Both the position numbers and the translations under genes were made by a program. A DNA stretch of 63,891 nucleotides, the filler included, from Thermodesulfobacteriota bacterium (lineage in GTDB: Bacteria; DASVDK01): NCBI GenBank assembly GCA_036381125.1. It is 7 parts of 7 records of this genome, joined end to end, with 100 filler letters (N's around TTAATTAATTAA, not from the genome) between each part and the next. Parts side by side here need not be neighbours in the genome. Positions count along the whole stretch, not along the records: positions 1 to 4,217 come from DASVDK010000137.1; positions 4,318 to 23,449 come from DASVDK010000138.1; 5 more parts are not named here. One strand, given 5' to 3'. The notes under the pieces are model-generated. The model had not been told where the DNA came from and ran no database searches. It saw only the letters and a list, made by a program, of their open reading frames with translations. Numbering within the stretch: the first letter of the stretch is position 1; each line of letters starts with the position of its first letter. Positions 1 to 8,363 of the stretch are shown here, piece after piece.

Positions 1-124
1 ACTCGGAGGGGTCGATGTAGTACATCCGCTCCTCGTCGGTCGAGTGGATGCAGTCGACCGGGCAGATGTCGACGCAGGCCTTGTCCTTGACGTCGATGCA
101 GGGCTCGGTGATCACGAACGCCAT
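1..124 (-). CDS. Ferredoxin (7Fe/4Fe-4S FdxA-like), runs off window start
   Basis: Hand translation MAFVITEPCIDVKDKACVDICPVDCIHSTDEERMYYIDPSE; GGAGG RBS upstream; not in ORF track. Confidence 0.9.
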   Translation of the reverse strand, partial: MAFVITEPCIDVKDKACVDICPVDCIHSTDEERMYYIDPSE

Positions 125-171
125 GGCTGCCTCCAGGCCACGGATTCTCGCGCGGCCGGGCGCGCGGTGCC

Positions 172-185
172 TTGACCTGTATCAA
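172..185. promoter_or_regulatory. FNR/DNR/NnrR-type (CRP-FNR family) binding site
   Basis: TTGAC-CTGT-ATCAA (consensus TTGAT-N4-ATCAA), extended palindrome CCTTGA..TCAAGG, between ferredoxin and nor cluster. Confidence 0.8.
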
Positions 186-220
186 GGCGGGGGAGCGGCG
201 TGCGGCGGAGGATGACGCGC

Positions 221-796
221 ATGATCCCGCTCGCACGCCTCCACGGCCTCCCGGGGCCGGCCCCGGACTTCTCCGACCCGCTCGGCCTGCTGGTCCACTG
301 TCACGCCCGGATCGAGTCGCGGCTCGACGCGCTCGAGCGGGCGGGTGAGCTGCTCGCGGGCGCCCCGCACGCCGTGCTCGCGTCCCTCTTCCGGGAGGTC
401 GACGCGGCGGTGCGGCACTTCGCCGTCGCCGGAGTCCTCCACACCGAGGACGAGGAGGTGTCGCTCTTCCCCCGACTCCGTCGCCGGGACCGGGCCGCCG
501 GCGACGACGCGCTCGCCGCCATGGTGGGGCTCGAGGCCGAGCACCGCACGGCCGAGGGGGTCCACCGCGACCTGGACGCCCTCGTCGCCCGCATCCCGCG
601 CGACGGCTCGGCGGGCGCGGACGAGATCGAGCGTTTCCGTGAGTTGACCGGCCGCCTGCGGAGCCTCTACACGCCGCACATCCGCCTCGAGAACACGGTC
701 GTCTTCCCGATCGCGGCCCGCGTCCTGGTGCCGGAGGACCTGGGGGTGATCGGCGCCGAGATGCGCGCGCGGCGCCGGCCGCTGCTCGGTTCGTGA
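221..796 (+). CDS. Hemerythrin (HHE cation-binding) domain protein
   Basis: Motifs CHARI, HTEDEE, EH, HIRLEN; start may be 212 or 221. Confidence 0.85.
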   Translation: MIPLARLHGLPGPAPDFSDPLGLLVHCHARIESRLDALERAGELLAGAPHAVLASLFREVDAAVRHFAVAGVLHTEDEEVSLFPRLRRRDRAAGDDALAAMVGLEAEHRTAEGVHRDLDALVARIPRDGSAGADEIERFRELTGRLRSLYTPHIRLENTVVFPIAARVLVPEDLGVIGAEMRARRRPLLGS

Positions 797-874
797 CGAC
801 CGTACGGCCGCCCCGCGAGCCTATGCTATCCTGCCCTCGACGACGTCGTGTCGCGATGCGCAGGAGGTGATCTC

Positions 875-1006
875 GTGCACAAGGGACCGCGGAACCCGAT
901 GTCGTGGCTCAGGGGGCTCGCCTGGGCAGTCCTCGCCCTGATGCTCCTCGCCGGCCTCTACGGCGGCTGGATCACGGTGACGAACTACCACCGGATCGGC
1001 GTGTGA
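875..1006 (+). CDS. Small single-TM membrane protein (43 aa) directly upstream of norC
   Basis: CAGGAGGTGA RBS then GTG; MHKGPRNPMSWLRGLAWAVLALMLLAGLYGGWITVTNYHRIGV; stop 10 nt before norC ATG. Confidence 0.7.
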   Translation: MHKGPRNPMSWLRGLAWAVLALMLLAGLYGGWITVTNYHRIGV

Positions 1007-1016
1007 GCGGGCGGCC

Positions 1017-1832
1017 ATGACGCGGCGCAGCGCTCGGCTCTTCTTCTACATCGGGACGGCCCTCAGCGTCCTCGTCTTCTTGGTCCTCACGGTCGACAGC
1101 CACCGGCAGTTCCCGACGCTGACGAACGAGGCGGACCTCACGCCGTCGGTCGTCGCGGGCAAGAACGTGTGGCACGCGAAGAACTGCGTCAACTGCCACA
1201 CGCTCCTCGGCGAGGGCGCCTACTACGCGCCCGACCTGACCAAGATCGCGCAGCTACGAGGCGACGCGTACCTGCGGGAGTTCCTCAAGGACCCGGCGAG
1301 GTTCTACTCGGAGGAGCGCGACGGTCGCCTGATGCCCAACCCCAACCTGACCGACCAGCAGATCACCGATGTCATCGCCTTCCTGGCGTGGGTGAGCCGG
1401 ATCGACACCCAGGGCTGGCCGCCCAGGCCGATCCTCGTGCGGGGCAGCGCCATCCCCGGCGCCAACGTGGGCGGCGCCCCGCCGGCGCCGGCTTCGGACG
1501 ACCCGGTCGCCCTCGGGCAGGCGCTCTTCAACTCCCAGACGACCGGCTGCGCCGCCTGCCACTCGGTCGCGCCGGGCGTGAACCTGGTGGGGCCGAGCCT
1601 GGCCGGCATCGGGACCCGTGCCGCCGAGCGGATCAAGGCGCCCGACTACCTGGGCCACGCGACGGATGCGGCGGGATACATCAGGGAATCGATCACCGAC
1701 CCGAACGAGTACGTGCTGAAGGGGGTGACGTACTCGTCGAACGGCCGCTCGCTCATGCCGGCGCAGTACGGGACCACGCTGTCCCCGCAGCAGCTCGATC
1801 AGCTCGTCGCCTATCTCATGACCCTGAAGTGA
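1017..1832 (+). CDS. norC: Nitric oxide reductase cytochrome c subunit NorC with extra C-terminal cytochrome c domain
   Basis: N-terminal TM, CVNCHTLLGEGAYYAPDL NorC motif, second CAACH motif; upstream of norB. Confidence 0.85.
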   Translation: MTRRSARLFFYIGTALSVLVFLVLTVDSHRQFPTLTNEADLTPSVVAGKNVWHAKNCVNCHTLLGEGAYYAPDLTKIAQLRGDAYLREFLKDPARFYSEERDGRLMPNPNLTDQQITDVIAFLAWVSRIDTQGWPPRPILVRGSAIPGANVGGAPPAPASDDPVALGQALFNSQTTGCAACHSVAPGVNLVGPSLAGIGTRAAERIKAPDYLGHATDAAGYIRESITDPNEYVLKGVTYSSNGRSLMPAQYGTTLSPQQLDQLVAYLMTLK

Positions 1833-1844
1833 GAGGTCCGGCCC

Positions 1845-3215
1845 ATGCGTTACGCCTCCCAGCGTGTCGCCTATCCGTACTTCGCGGTGGCGCTCCTCCT
1901 CTTCGGCCTCCAGATGGTGTTCGGCCTCCTGATGGCGGCCAAGTACCTCGGCCCGGACCCGTTGATCGACGTGCTGCCCTTCGACCGCGCGAAGGCGGCC
2001 CACACGAACCTCCTCATCGTGTGGCTGCTGATCGGGTTCATGGGGGGCGCGTACTGGGTCATCCCCGAGGAGTCGCGGACCGAACTCTGGAGCCCGCGGC
2101 TCGCCTACTTCAATCTCGCGCTCTTCACCGCGGCCGGGGTCGTCGCCGTCGTCGGCTACCTCTTCGGCTGGACCGCCGGCAACAAGCTCCTCGAGCAGCC
2201 GTACCCGATCAAGCTCGCCATCGTCGTCGTGATGGTGCTCTTCGGGCTCAACCTGATCATGACGATCTGGCGCGCGCGCCGGCTCACGACGACGGAAGGG
2301 GTGCTGGTGGCCGGGCTCCTCCTGGCGGCCGTCCTCTACCTGCCGGCGCTCGTCGATTTCGACAACTACACGGTGAGCGTCTTCTACCGCTGGTGGACGG
2401 TGCACCTCTGGGTCGAAGGGGTCTGGGAGATGATCCAGGGGGGGCTCCTCGCGTTCCTCCTGATCCGGCTGTCGGGCGTCGACCGCGAGGTGATGGAGAA
2501 GTGGCTCTACGTGATCGTCGGGCTCACGTTCATCTCGGGCATCCTCGGCACGGCACACCACTACTACTGGATCGGCGTGCCGGCCTACTGGCTGCCGATC
2601 GGCAGCTTCTTCAGCGCCCTCGAGCCGCTCGTCTTCCTCGGCATGGCGATGTACGCGTACTACGCGATACGCCGCTCGGGTCTCGCGCACCCGAACCGCC
2701 TCGCGCTGCACTGGACGATCGGCAGCGCCGTCTTCTCGGCCCTCGGCGCCGGCGTGCTCGGTCTCGCCCACACCTGGGCCAGCGTCAACAGGTGGACCCA
2801 CGGGACGCACATCACGTCGATGCACGGTCACATGGCCTTCTTCGGCGCCTACGTGATGATCGTCCTCGCCATGATCACCTACGCCCTGCCGGGGCTCACC
2901 GGCGACCGCGACGAGGACCGTGAGAACAGCGTCGGCCTCTGGGCCTTCTGGCTGCAGTCGGGCGGCATGTTCGGCATGACGATGGCATTCGCCGCGGCGG
3001 GGATGACGCAGACCTATCTCGAGCGGATCCTCAGCATCGGCTACCTCGACACGCAGGCGAAGCTCCAGGTGCACTTCATCATGCTCGTCATCACCGGGGC
3101 GGTCTTCGTGCTCGGCGTCGCGCTCTTCCTCTGGGACTTCTTCTTCCTCGCGGGCCGGCCCGTGGCCGCCGCCTCTCCCGCGCGGCCGCCAGGCGGCTCT
3201 GCGGTGCGGGCGTGA
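1845..3215 (+). CDS. norB: Nitric oxide reductase catalytic subunit NorB (cNor)
   Basis: HLWVEGVWE, GTAHHYYWIG, SALEPL, HGHMAFFGAY motifs; 456 aa multi-TM. Confidence 0.93.
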   Translation: MRYASQRVAYPYFAVALLLFGLQMVFGLLMAAKYLGPDPLIDVLPFDRAKAAHTNLLIVWLLIGFMGGAYWVIPEESRTELWSPRLAYFNLALFTAAGVVAVVGYLFGWTAGNKLLEQPYPIKLAIVVVMVLFGLNLIMTIWRARRLTTTEGVLVAGLLLAAVLYLPALVDFDNYTVSVFYRWWTVHLWVEGVWEMIQGGLLAFLLIRLSGVDREVMEKWLYVIVGLTFISGILGTAHHYYWIGVPAYWLPIGSFFSALEPLVFLGMAMYAYYAIRRSGLAHPNRLALHWTIGSAVFSALGAGVLGLAHTWASVNRWTHGTHITSMHGHMAFFGAYVMIVLAMITYALPGLTGDRDEDRENSVGLWAFWLQSGGMFGMTMAFAAAGMTQTYLERILSIGYLDTQAKLQVHFIMLVITGAVFVLGVALFLWDFFFLAGRPVAAASPARPPGGSAVRA

Positions 3216-3997
3216 CCCCGACCCCTCGGGAGCCGTTCTACCTGCCGCAGGGGCAGGAGGTCGACGTCTTCGAGGTCTGCCACCGCCGCGGCCTGCCGGT
3301 GCTCCTCAAGGGCCCGACCGGCTGCGGCAAGACCCGCTTCGTCCAGTACATGGCGTGGCGGCTCGGCCGGCCGCTCGTGACCGTGGCGTGTCACGACGAC
3401 CTGTCGGCGAGCGACCTGACGGGGCGCTACCTGATCAAAGGGGGGGAGACGGTCTGGCAGGACGGCCCGCTCGCGCGCGCCGTCCGCATGGGAGCGATCT
3501 GCTACCTCGACGAGGTGGTCGAGGCGCGCCAGGACACCGTCGTCGTGATCCACCCGCTCACCGACGACCGCCGGATCCTGCCGATCGACAAGACGGGCGA
3601 GACGGTCGAGGCGGCGGCCGGCTTCCAGCTCGTCGTCTCCTACAACCCCGGCTACCAGCACGTCCTCAAGGACCTCAAGCCGAGCACCCGCCAGCGCTTC
3701 GTCGCGATCGAGCTGGACGTCCCCCAGCCGGCGCGCGAGACCGAGATCGTCGCGCACGAGGGGGGCGTCGACCGGGCGACCGCGGCGGCGCTGGTGACCC
3801 TCGCCGGGCGGGTCCGCGCCCTGCGCGACCGCGGCCTCGCCGAGGGGCCGAGCACCCGCGTCCTGGTCGCGGCGGCGCGCCTCGCGAGCGGCGGCGTCCC
3901 GCTCCGGCTCGCCTGCCGGACGGCGCTCGCCGCACCCCTGTCCGACGACCCGGACCTCGTCGCGGCGATCGACGACCTGATCGACGCCTGCCTGTAA
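3212..3997 (+). CDS. norQ: NorQ/CbbQ/NirQ MoxR-type AAA ATPase
   Basis: GPTGCGKT, YLDEVVEARQD, SYNPGYQ..KDLKPSTRQRF; GTGA overlap with norB. Confidence 0.93.
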   Translation: MTPTPREPFYLPQGQEVDVFEVCHRRGLPVLLKGPTGCGKTRFVQYMAWRLGRPLVTVACHDDLSASDLTGRYLIKGGETVWQDGPLARAVRMGAICYLDEVVEARQDTVVVIHPLTDDRRILPIDKTGETVEAAAGFQLVVSYNPGYQHVLKDLKPSTRQRFVAIELDVPQPARETEIVAHEGGVDRATAAALVTLAGRVRALRDRGLAEGPSTRVLVAAARLASGGVPLRLACRTALAAPLSDDPDLVAAIDDLIDACL

Positions 3998-4002
3998 GCG
4001 CC

Positions 4003-4217
4003 GTGGGCGAGCCCGAGGGTCTCCTCATCGAGGCGAGCCGCATCGCCACCGTCGCGGCCCGGGACCTCTGGCGGCGCGCCCGCCCGCCGGCCGATACCGG
4101 CCGCCCGCGGCTCGCCGACCTCCGCCGCCGGCTCGAGCTGTTCGCGGCCGCGGTCTGCGGGGTCGACTGCCCGATCGTCGCGGCCGACCCGCCGCATGCG
4201 CCCAACTGGCTCGCCCG
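4003..4217 (+). CDS. norD: Probable NorD (VWA activation protein) N-terminus, truncated by contig end
   Basis: GTG 5 nt after norQ stop, MGEPEGLLIEASRIATVAARDLWRR; identity inferred mainly from position. Confidence 0.6.
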
Positions 4218-4317
4218 NNNNNNNNNNNNNNNNNNNNNNNNNNNNNNNNNNNNNNNNNNNNTTAATTAATTAANNNNNNNNNNNNNNNNNNNNNNNNNNN
4301 NNNNNNNNNNNNNNNNN
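4218..4317. other. Artificial contig spacer
   Basis: 100 nt of N with TTAATTAATTAA linker. Confidence 0.99.
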
Positions 4318-4332
4318 GGAGGATCAATCCGC

Positions 4333-4941
4333 ATGCCAGGCCACGACACGAGCACGGCGCTGCTTCTTCTCGATCTCCAGAACGAGATGGTCGATCCGAA
4401 CGGCAAGATCGGCGCGGGCGGCCTCGCCCGTGTCGTCCAGGAGCGGCGGCTCCTCGACCGGGTGGCCGCCGTGCTCGGCGCCGTTCGGCGCCGCGGTCTG
4501 CCGGTCGTCCACGTGCGGCTCGGCTTCCGGCCCGACTATCTGGACGCCCTGAGCGTGGCCCCGCGAGTCGTGCGGCTCAGGGAGGCCGGGGCGGCGATCG
4601 TCGGCACCTGGGGCACCGAGTTCCCGCCGGCGGTCGCACCGGCCGACGGCGAGCTGGTCGTCACGAAGGCCTGCGTCAACCCGTTCTTCAACACCGGGCT
4701 CCTGACCTGGCTGCTCAGGCGGGGCGTCTGCCGGGTCGTGCTCTGCGGCGTGGCGACGAACCTGGTCGTCGAGAGCACGGCCCGGTTCGCGGACGACGCA
4801 GGCTTCGAGGTCGTCGTCCTCGAGGACTGCTGCGCCTCGCCGAACCCCGAGTGGCACCGCTTCTCGGTGGAGCAGATGCTGCCGCTCTTCGGGACGGTCA
4901 CGTCCTCCGAAGCGTTCCTGGCAAAGCTGGACCGGCACTGA
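4333..4941 (+). CDS. Isochorismatase/cysteine hydrolase family protein
   Basis: LLDLQNE, GTWG, VTK, GVATNLVVESTAR, EDCCAS. Confidence 0.88.
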   Translation: MPGHDTSTALLLLDLQNEMVDPNGKIGAGGLARVVQERRLLDRVAAVLGAVRRRGLPVVHVRLGFRPDYLDALSVAPRVVRLREAGAAIVGTWGTEFPPAVAPADGELVVTKACVNPFFNTGLLTWLLRRGVCRVVLCGVATNLVVESTARFADDAGFEVVVLEDCCASPNPEWHRFSVEQMLPLFGTVTSSEAFLAKLDRH

Positions 4942-4972
4942 ACGGATCCCTATGCCCACATCGAGGTATGCC

Positions 4973-5935
4973 ATGCAGAGACTGTTGATCGGACTGCTCA
5001 TCGCGGGGCTCGGAGCGGCCCTGCCCGCCTTCGCGGCCGAGACCTATCCGGCGAAGCCGGTCGAGATCATCGTGCCGTACTCCGCCGGCGGCGGCGTCGA
5101 CCTCACGGCGCGCATCCTGGCGGAGCACGCGAAGGCGCACCTCGGTCAGCCCATGGTCGTCGTGAACCGCACGGGCGGCGGGGGCGCCGTCGGCTTCACC
5201 GCCGGCGCGCAGGCCCGGCCGGACGGCTACACGCTGACGATGATGACCAACGCCGCGCTGAGCGACGAGTTCCTCGTCAAGGGGGCCCGATACAACTACC
5301 GCAGCTTCACGCCCTTGCTGCAGGTGGCGTTCGACCCGGCGGTCCTCGTCGTCAAGAAGGGGGGACCCTACGACCTCCCGCTCGAGGGCTTCCTCGACGC
5401 CGCGCGGAAGAACCCGGGCCAGATCCGCATCGGCGCCGGCGGCAACTGGTCGGCCCAGGACATCACGCGAGCCCTCCTCGAGCGGGAGGCGGGCGTCCGG
5501 TTCGCGCGAGTGCCCTTCCCCGGCGGCGCGCCGGCCGTCACGGCCCTCATCGGCGGTCACATCGACGCGGCCGTCGCCTACATCAGCGAGTTCAAGGGCC
5601 ACTACGACGCCGGTACGGTGCGGCCGATCGCGGTGACCGGGGAGGCGCGCTCGCCGTTCCTGCCGAACGTGCCGACGTTCGCGGAGCTCGGCGTCCCGCT
5701 GCCGGTCGGCGTCTGGCGGATCGTCGCGGCTCCCGCCGGGACCCCGCCGGAGGTCGTCCGGACGCTCGAGGCCGCCCTCCTGAAGGGGGTGAACGAGCCG
5801 GCCGCCCGGGAGGCGTTCCGGAAGGCGGGCGTGAACGTCTCGGTCCGCGACGCCGCCGAGACGCGGCGGTACCTCGAGGACCAGTACCGCTTCTACGCCC
5901 AGCTCGTGAAGGACTTCGGGCTTGAGCCGAAGTAG
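4973..5935 (+). CDS. Tripartite tricarboxylate transporter substrate-binding protein (Bug/TctC)
   Basis: Signal peptide, YPAKPVEIIVPYSAGGGVD, NRTGGGG, PDGYTL. Confidence 0.9.
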   Translation: MQRLLIGLLIAGLGAALPAFAAETYPAKPVEIIVPYSAGGGVDLTARILAEHAKAHLGQPMVVVNRTGGGGAVGFTAGAQARPDGYTLTMMTNAALSDEFLVKGARYNYRSFTPLLQVAFDPAVLVVKKGGPYDLPLEGFLDAARKNPGQIRIGAGGNWSAQDITRALLEREAGVRFARVPFPGGAPAVTALIGGHIDAAVAYISEFKGHYDAGTVRPIAVTGEARSPFLPNVPTFAELGVPLPVGVWRIVAAPAGTPPEVVRTLEAALLKGVNEPAAREAFRKAGVNVSVRDAAETRRYLEDQYRFYAQLVKDFGLEPK

Positions 5936-6371
5936 GCTCGCCGGCATCAACTGGGCCGCGGTCGCCCTCGCCGGCGTCGGCGTCGTGGCCGCCGTCGAGT
6001 CGCTCCGCCTCGGCATCGGCCGTCCGGTCGAGCCGGGGCCCGGGCTCCTTCCGCTCGCCGCCGCGGCGGTCCTCGTCGGGTCGTGCGCGGCGGTCGTCGC
6101 GAGGGATCGGGTGCCCGACGAGGCCGTCCGGGAGGTCGGTCGCGCCGAGCGGCTCGCGGCCTCGCTGGTGCTGCTCTGCGCCGCGCTGGCCCTCGAGCCG
6201 CTCGGGTATCGGGTGACGATGCTGTCGACCGTCACGCTCCTGGCCCGGGTCCTCGGGGTCCGCCGGTGGCTCGTGGCCGCCGCCTTCGGCGCGGTCGCCG
6301 CGTTCGGCTCCGACGTCCTCTTCTCGGACCTCCTCGGCATGGCCCTGCCGCGAGGGTCCTGGCGTCTCTGA
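5922..6371 (+). CDS. Tripartite tricarboxylate transporter small subunit TctB
   Basis: 4-TM, PGPG motif, C-terminal LP.G; between tctC and tctA. Confidence 0.8.
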   Translation: MSRSRLAGINWAAVALAGVGVVAAVESLRLGIGRPVEPGPGLLPLAAAAVLVGSCAAVVARDRVPDEAVREVGRAERLAASLVLLCAALALEPLGYRVTMLSTVTLLARVLGVRRWLVAAAFGAVAAFGSDVLFSDLLGMALPRGSWRL

Positions 6372-7879
6372 TGGAGGGCCTCCTCCTCGGCTTCCAGGTC
6401 GCGCTGAGCGCCGGGAACCTGCTCTACTGCCTCCTCGGCGCGCTCCTCGGCGTGCTGGTCGGCATCCTGCCGGGGCTCGGTCCGGCGGCGTCGATCGCGA
6501 TCCTCCTGCCGGCGACGTTCACCCTCGGGCCGTCTTCCGCGATCATCATGCTCGCGGGCATCTACTACGGCGCCATGTACGGCGGCTCGACGACCTCGAT
6601 CCTGGTCAGGCTGCCGGGGGAGGCGGCGTCCGTGGTGACCTGCCTCGACGGCTACGAGATGGCCCGGCAGGGGCGCGCCGGCGTCGCCCTCGGCATCGCG
6701 GCCATCGGCTCGTTCGTCGCCGGGACGCTCGGCGTCGTGGCGCTCGGCCTCCTCGCCCCTCCGCTCGCCGCCCTGGTCCTCCTCTTCGGGCCGATCGAGT
6801 ACTTCGCCCTCATGCTCCTGGGCGTATGCCTGGTCCTCGGTCTCGCCCAGGGCTCTCGGGTGAAGGCGGCCGTCATGGCCGCGCTCGGCTTCCTGCTCGG
6901 CCTGGTCGGGCTCGATCCGGTCACCGGCGAGCAGCGATTCACGTTCGGCATCCCGGCGCTGATCGACGGGATCGGCTTCGTGCCGGTGGCGATGGGGCTC
7001 TTCGGGATCGCGGAGGTGCTGGCCCACGCCGCCGGCGCCGCCGGCGGCCCCGAGGTGGTGGCCAGCCGGATCGGACGCCTCCTGCCCGACCGGCAGGAGC
7101 GCGCGCGCGCCCGCGGCCCGATCCTGCGCGGCAGCCTGCTCGGCTTCCTGGTCGGCCTCCTTCCCGGCGGCGGCGCGGTCCTGTCCTCGTTCCTGAGCTA
7201 CGCCCTCGAGAAGCGGCTCGCGCCCGATTCCGAGCGGTTCGGGCGGGGCGCGATCGAGGGGGTCGCCGGGCCGGAGGCGGCGAACAACGCCGCAGCCTCG
7301 GCGTCGTTCATCCCCATGCTGGCCATGGGGATCCCGTCGAACGCGGTCGTCGCGTTGATGCTGGCGGCGCTGATGATCCACGGGGTGACGCCGGGACCGC
7401 TGCTCGTCAGTCAGCACCCGGACATCTTCTGGGGCGTCATCGCCAGCATGTACGTCGGCAACGCCATCCTGCTGGTCCTCAGCCTGCCGCTCATCACGCT
7501 CTTCGTGCAGATCGCCCGCGTGCCGTACCGGCTGCTGGGTCCGCTCGTCGTCCTCTTCTCCATGGCGGGCGCGTACAGCCTGAACAACGATCCGAGCGAC
7601 GTGCTGATCATGGTCCTGGCCGGCGTGGTCGGCTTCGTGCTGCGGTCGTTCGCGTTCGATCCGGCGCCGTTCGTCCTGACCATGGTCATCGCCCCCATGA
7701 TGGAGATCGCCCTCCGGCAGGGGCTCGTCGTCGCCCGCGGCGACCTCTCGCAGTTCTTCGGCCGCCCGCTCGCCGCGCTCATGTGGCTCGCCTCGGCGGC
7801 GGTCCTGCTCGGGCCGGCGGTGGGCCGGATCGTCCGGAGCGCCCGCGCCGACCGGCGGGCCAGCGACGGGGCCCGGTGA
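6371..7879 (+). CDS. Tripartite tricarboxylate transporter permease TctA
   Basis: [29 protein letters not shown] coupling. Confidence 0.92.
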   Translation: MEGLLLGFQVALSAGNLLYCLLGALLGVLVGILPGLGPAASIAILLPATFTLGPSSAIIMLAGIYYGAMYGGSTTSILVRLPGEAASVVTCLDGYEMARQGRAGVALGIAAIGSFVAGTLGVVALGLLAPPLAALVLLFGPIEYFALMLLGVCLVLGLAQGSRVKAAVMAALGFLLGLVGLDPVTGEQRFTFGIPALIDGIGFVPVAMGLFGIAEVLAHAAGAAGGPEVVASRIGRLLPDRQERARARGPILRGSLLGFLVGLLPGGGAVLSSFLSYALEKRLAPDSERFGRGAIEGVAGPEAANNAAASASFIPMLAMGIPSNAVVALMLAALMIHGVTPGPLLVSQHPDIFWGVIASMYVGNAILLVLSLPLITLFVQIARVPYRLLGPLVVLFSMAGAYSLNNDPSDVLIMVLAGVVGFVLRSFAFDPAPFVLTMVIAPMMEIALRQGLVVARGDLSQFFGRPLAALMWLASAAVLLGPAVGRIVRSARADRRASDGAR

Positions 7880-8075
7880 CCGGCAACTGGCGAGCGCATC
7901 GCCCCTACGCCGGGTTCGCGCGCAGGCCGCGCGTGACAGCCGGGCCACCTCGGTGCACCTCGAGGGGCGCGAGCAGACCACGACGGCTACTCCGGCGAAG
8001 CGATCAGGGGAAAAGCCTGATCGGCGTGGCGTGGTTGGCCTGCGCGACATCCTCCGCCTGGTGGAGCGCGGCGGC

Positions 8076-8307
8076 CGACGCGCAGGTGCTCCACCGCGGG
8101 CTCCTGCGGACCGTTCGCGTGCCGAGCCTCGGGCGCGAGATCCAGGTCGTCGGCCCGGCGGCCCGCTTCTCCGCCGCGCCGGCGTCCGTCGACCGCCCGC
8201 CGCCGCGGCTCGGCGAGCACACGGACGAGGTCCTGGTCGAGGCGGGCTTCGACGCGGCCGCCGCGGCAGCCGTCAGAGCTTCGGGAGCACTCGGCCGCCA
8301 GTCGTAG
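8076..8307 (+). pseudogene. C-terminal remnant of CaiB/BaiF (family III) CoA-transferase
   Basis: DAQVLHRG..PPPRLGEHTDEVLVEAGF with no recognisable N-terminal part. Confidence 0.7.
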
Positions 8308-8363
8308 TAGAATTCCGTTCGAGACAACCGACCGGGAGAGCACGGTCGTACAGGAGGTCCTGC

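Noticed and set aside
1845-3215. NorB as NO dismutase (Nod) or qNor
   Set aside because: Canonical HLWVEGxxE and HH ligands retained, 456-aa length and separate NorC/NorQ indicate cNor.
4218-4317. TTAATTAATTAA within N runs (six occurrences)
   Set aside because: Artificial all-frame stop linker joining contigs; no cross-gap gene clusters were inferred.
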